DNA from: Nemertoderma westbladi
Taxonomy: Eukaryota > Animalia > Xenacoelomorpha
Assembly: GCA_032718475.1 (NCBI GenBank)
Contig: JAUCBJ010002904.1
Coordinates: forward strand, 1-64,000
Length of the DNA: 64,000 bases
Direction of reading: 5' to 3'
Shown here: positions 62,378 through 64,000 of the stretch, in pieces
Position numbering within the stretch: position 1 is the first letter of the stretch
Layout: every line of letters begins with the position of its first letter
Program-made: the position numbers and the translations under genes
The notes under the pieces: model-generated
Told to the model about the DNA's origin: nothing
The model's database searches: none
What the model saw: only the letters and a program-made list of their open reading frames with translations

Positions 62378-64000
62378 TGTGATCATATCGCCAGCCTCCC
62401 TGAATGTGATCATATCGCCAGCCTCCTTGAACGTGATCATATCGCCAGCCTCCCTGAATCAGAGCTTTGCTGAATCAGATCACATCGCCAGCTTCCTTGA
62501 ATGAGATCATATCTCCAGCCTCTCTGAATGTGATCATATCGCCAGCTTTGCTGAATCAGATCATATCGCCAGTCTCCCTGAATGAGATCATATCGCCAGC
62601 TTTGCTGAATCAGATCATATCGCCAGCCTCTCTGAATGTGATCATATCGCCAGCCTCTCTGAATGTGATCATATCGCCCGCCTCCCTGAATGTGATCATA
62701 TCGCCAGCCTCCTTGAACGTGATCATATCGCCAGCCTCCCTGAATCAGAGCTTTGCTGAATCAGATCATATCGCCAGCTTCCTTGAATGAGATCATATCA
62801 CCAGTCTCTCTGAATGTGATCATATATCCAGCCTCTCTGAATGTGATCATATCGCCAGTCTCCCTGAATGAGATCATATCGACAGCTTTGCTGAATCAGA
62901 TCATATCGCCAGCCTCTCTGAATGAGATCATATCTCCAGTCTCCCTGAATGTGATCATATCTCCAGCCTCTCTGAATGTGATCATATCGCCAGTCTCCCT
63001 GAATGTGATCATATCGCCAGCCTTGCTGAATCAGATTATATCGCCAGCCTTCCTGAATGAGATCATATCTCCAGCCTCCCTCAATGTGATCACATGTCCT
63101 GCCTCCCTGAATGTGATCATATCTCCAGCCTCCCTGAATGGATCATATCTCCTGCCTCTCTGAATGTGATCATATCGCCAGTCTCCCTGAATGTGATCAT
63201 ATCTCCAGCCTCTCTGAATGTGATCATATCGCCAGTCTCCCTGAATGTGATCATATCGCCAGCTTTGCTGAATCAGATTATATCGCCAGCCTTCCTGAAT
63301 GAGATCATATCTCCAGCCTCCCTCAATGTGATCACATGTCCTGCCTCCCTGAATGTGATCATATCTCCAGCCTCCCTGAATGGATCATATCTCCAGTCTC
63401 CCTGAATGTGATCATATCACCAGTCTCCCTGAATGTGATCATATCGCCATCCTCCCTGAATCAGATCATATCACCAGTCTCCCTGAATGTGATCATATCG
63501 TCAGTCTCCCTGAATGTGATAATATTGTCAGCCTCTATGAATGTGATTATATCGCCAGTCTCCCTGAATGTGATCATATCTCCAGCCTCCCTGAATGTAA
63601 TCATATCACCAGTCTCCCTGAATGTGATCATATCGCCAGTCTCACTGAATCAGATCATATCGCCAGCCTCCATGAATGTGATCATATCGCCAGCCTCATC
63701 GCCAGCCTCCCTGAATGTGATCATATCACCAGTCTCCCTGAATGTGATCATATCGCCAGCTTTGCTGAATCAGATCATATCGCCAGCCTCCCTGAATCAG
63801 ATCATATCGCCAGCCTCCCTGAATTTGATCATATCGCCAGTCTCCCTGAATGTGATCATATCGCCAGTCTCCCTGAATATGATCATATCGCCACTCTCCC
63901 TGAATGTGATCATATCGTCAGCTTCTATGAATGTTATCATATCGCCAGCTTTGCTGAATCAGAACATATCACCAGTCTCCCTGAATGTGATCATATCTCC
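62378..64000 (+). repeat. 27-bp minisatellite, ~60 copies, runs off the window end
   Basis: Unit TGTGATCATATCGCCAGCCTCCCTGAA with recurring variants. Confidence 0.98.

Noticed and set aside
62246-63405. NVIISPASL repeat proteins
   Set aside because: Open frames arise from the 27-bp period and are broken by indels. No coding evidence.

Overview
Eukaryotic (animal, probably invertebrate) repeat DNA with no host gene. The window is almost entirely a nest of transposons whose boundaries can be fixed by target-site duplications (TSDs). From outside in: a long-TIR element (~12087-61170) contains a hAT DNA transposon (14366-60539, TSD TTCTAATT). The hAT transposase gene is split by a Ty3/Gypsy element (16199-29288, TSD TAATC) and a giant BEL/Pao element B (29388-59755, minus strand, TSD CTTGA). 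The Gypsy element holds a CRE-type non-LTR element and a satellite-bearing TIR element. BEL B holds a Penelope/LINE/inverted-Penelope block and a 3.45-kb insert. A deleted sister BEL element A, a third related LTR and an RTE fragment lie to the left, and a 27-bp minisatellite lies to the right. Three observations stand out. (1) The BEL family has no tRNA primer-binding site. Instead the 11 nt abutting the 5' LTR are exactly complementary to an 11-mer inside the LTR, with three co-varying changes between copies A and B, as expected for Tf1-type self-priming. (2) The same BEL family carries a ~4-kb extra gene with a DEDDy 3'-5' exonuclease and Cys/His knuckles at the env position. (3) Two unrelated retroelements (CRE and Penelope) carry similar Ulp1/SENP SUMO-protease domains with intact catalytic residues. 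All family assignments come from motifs read by eye; no database search was run.
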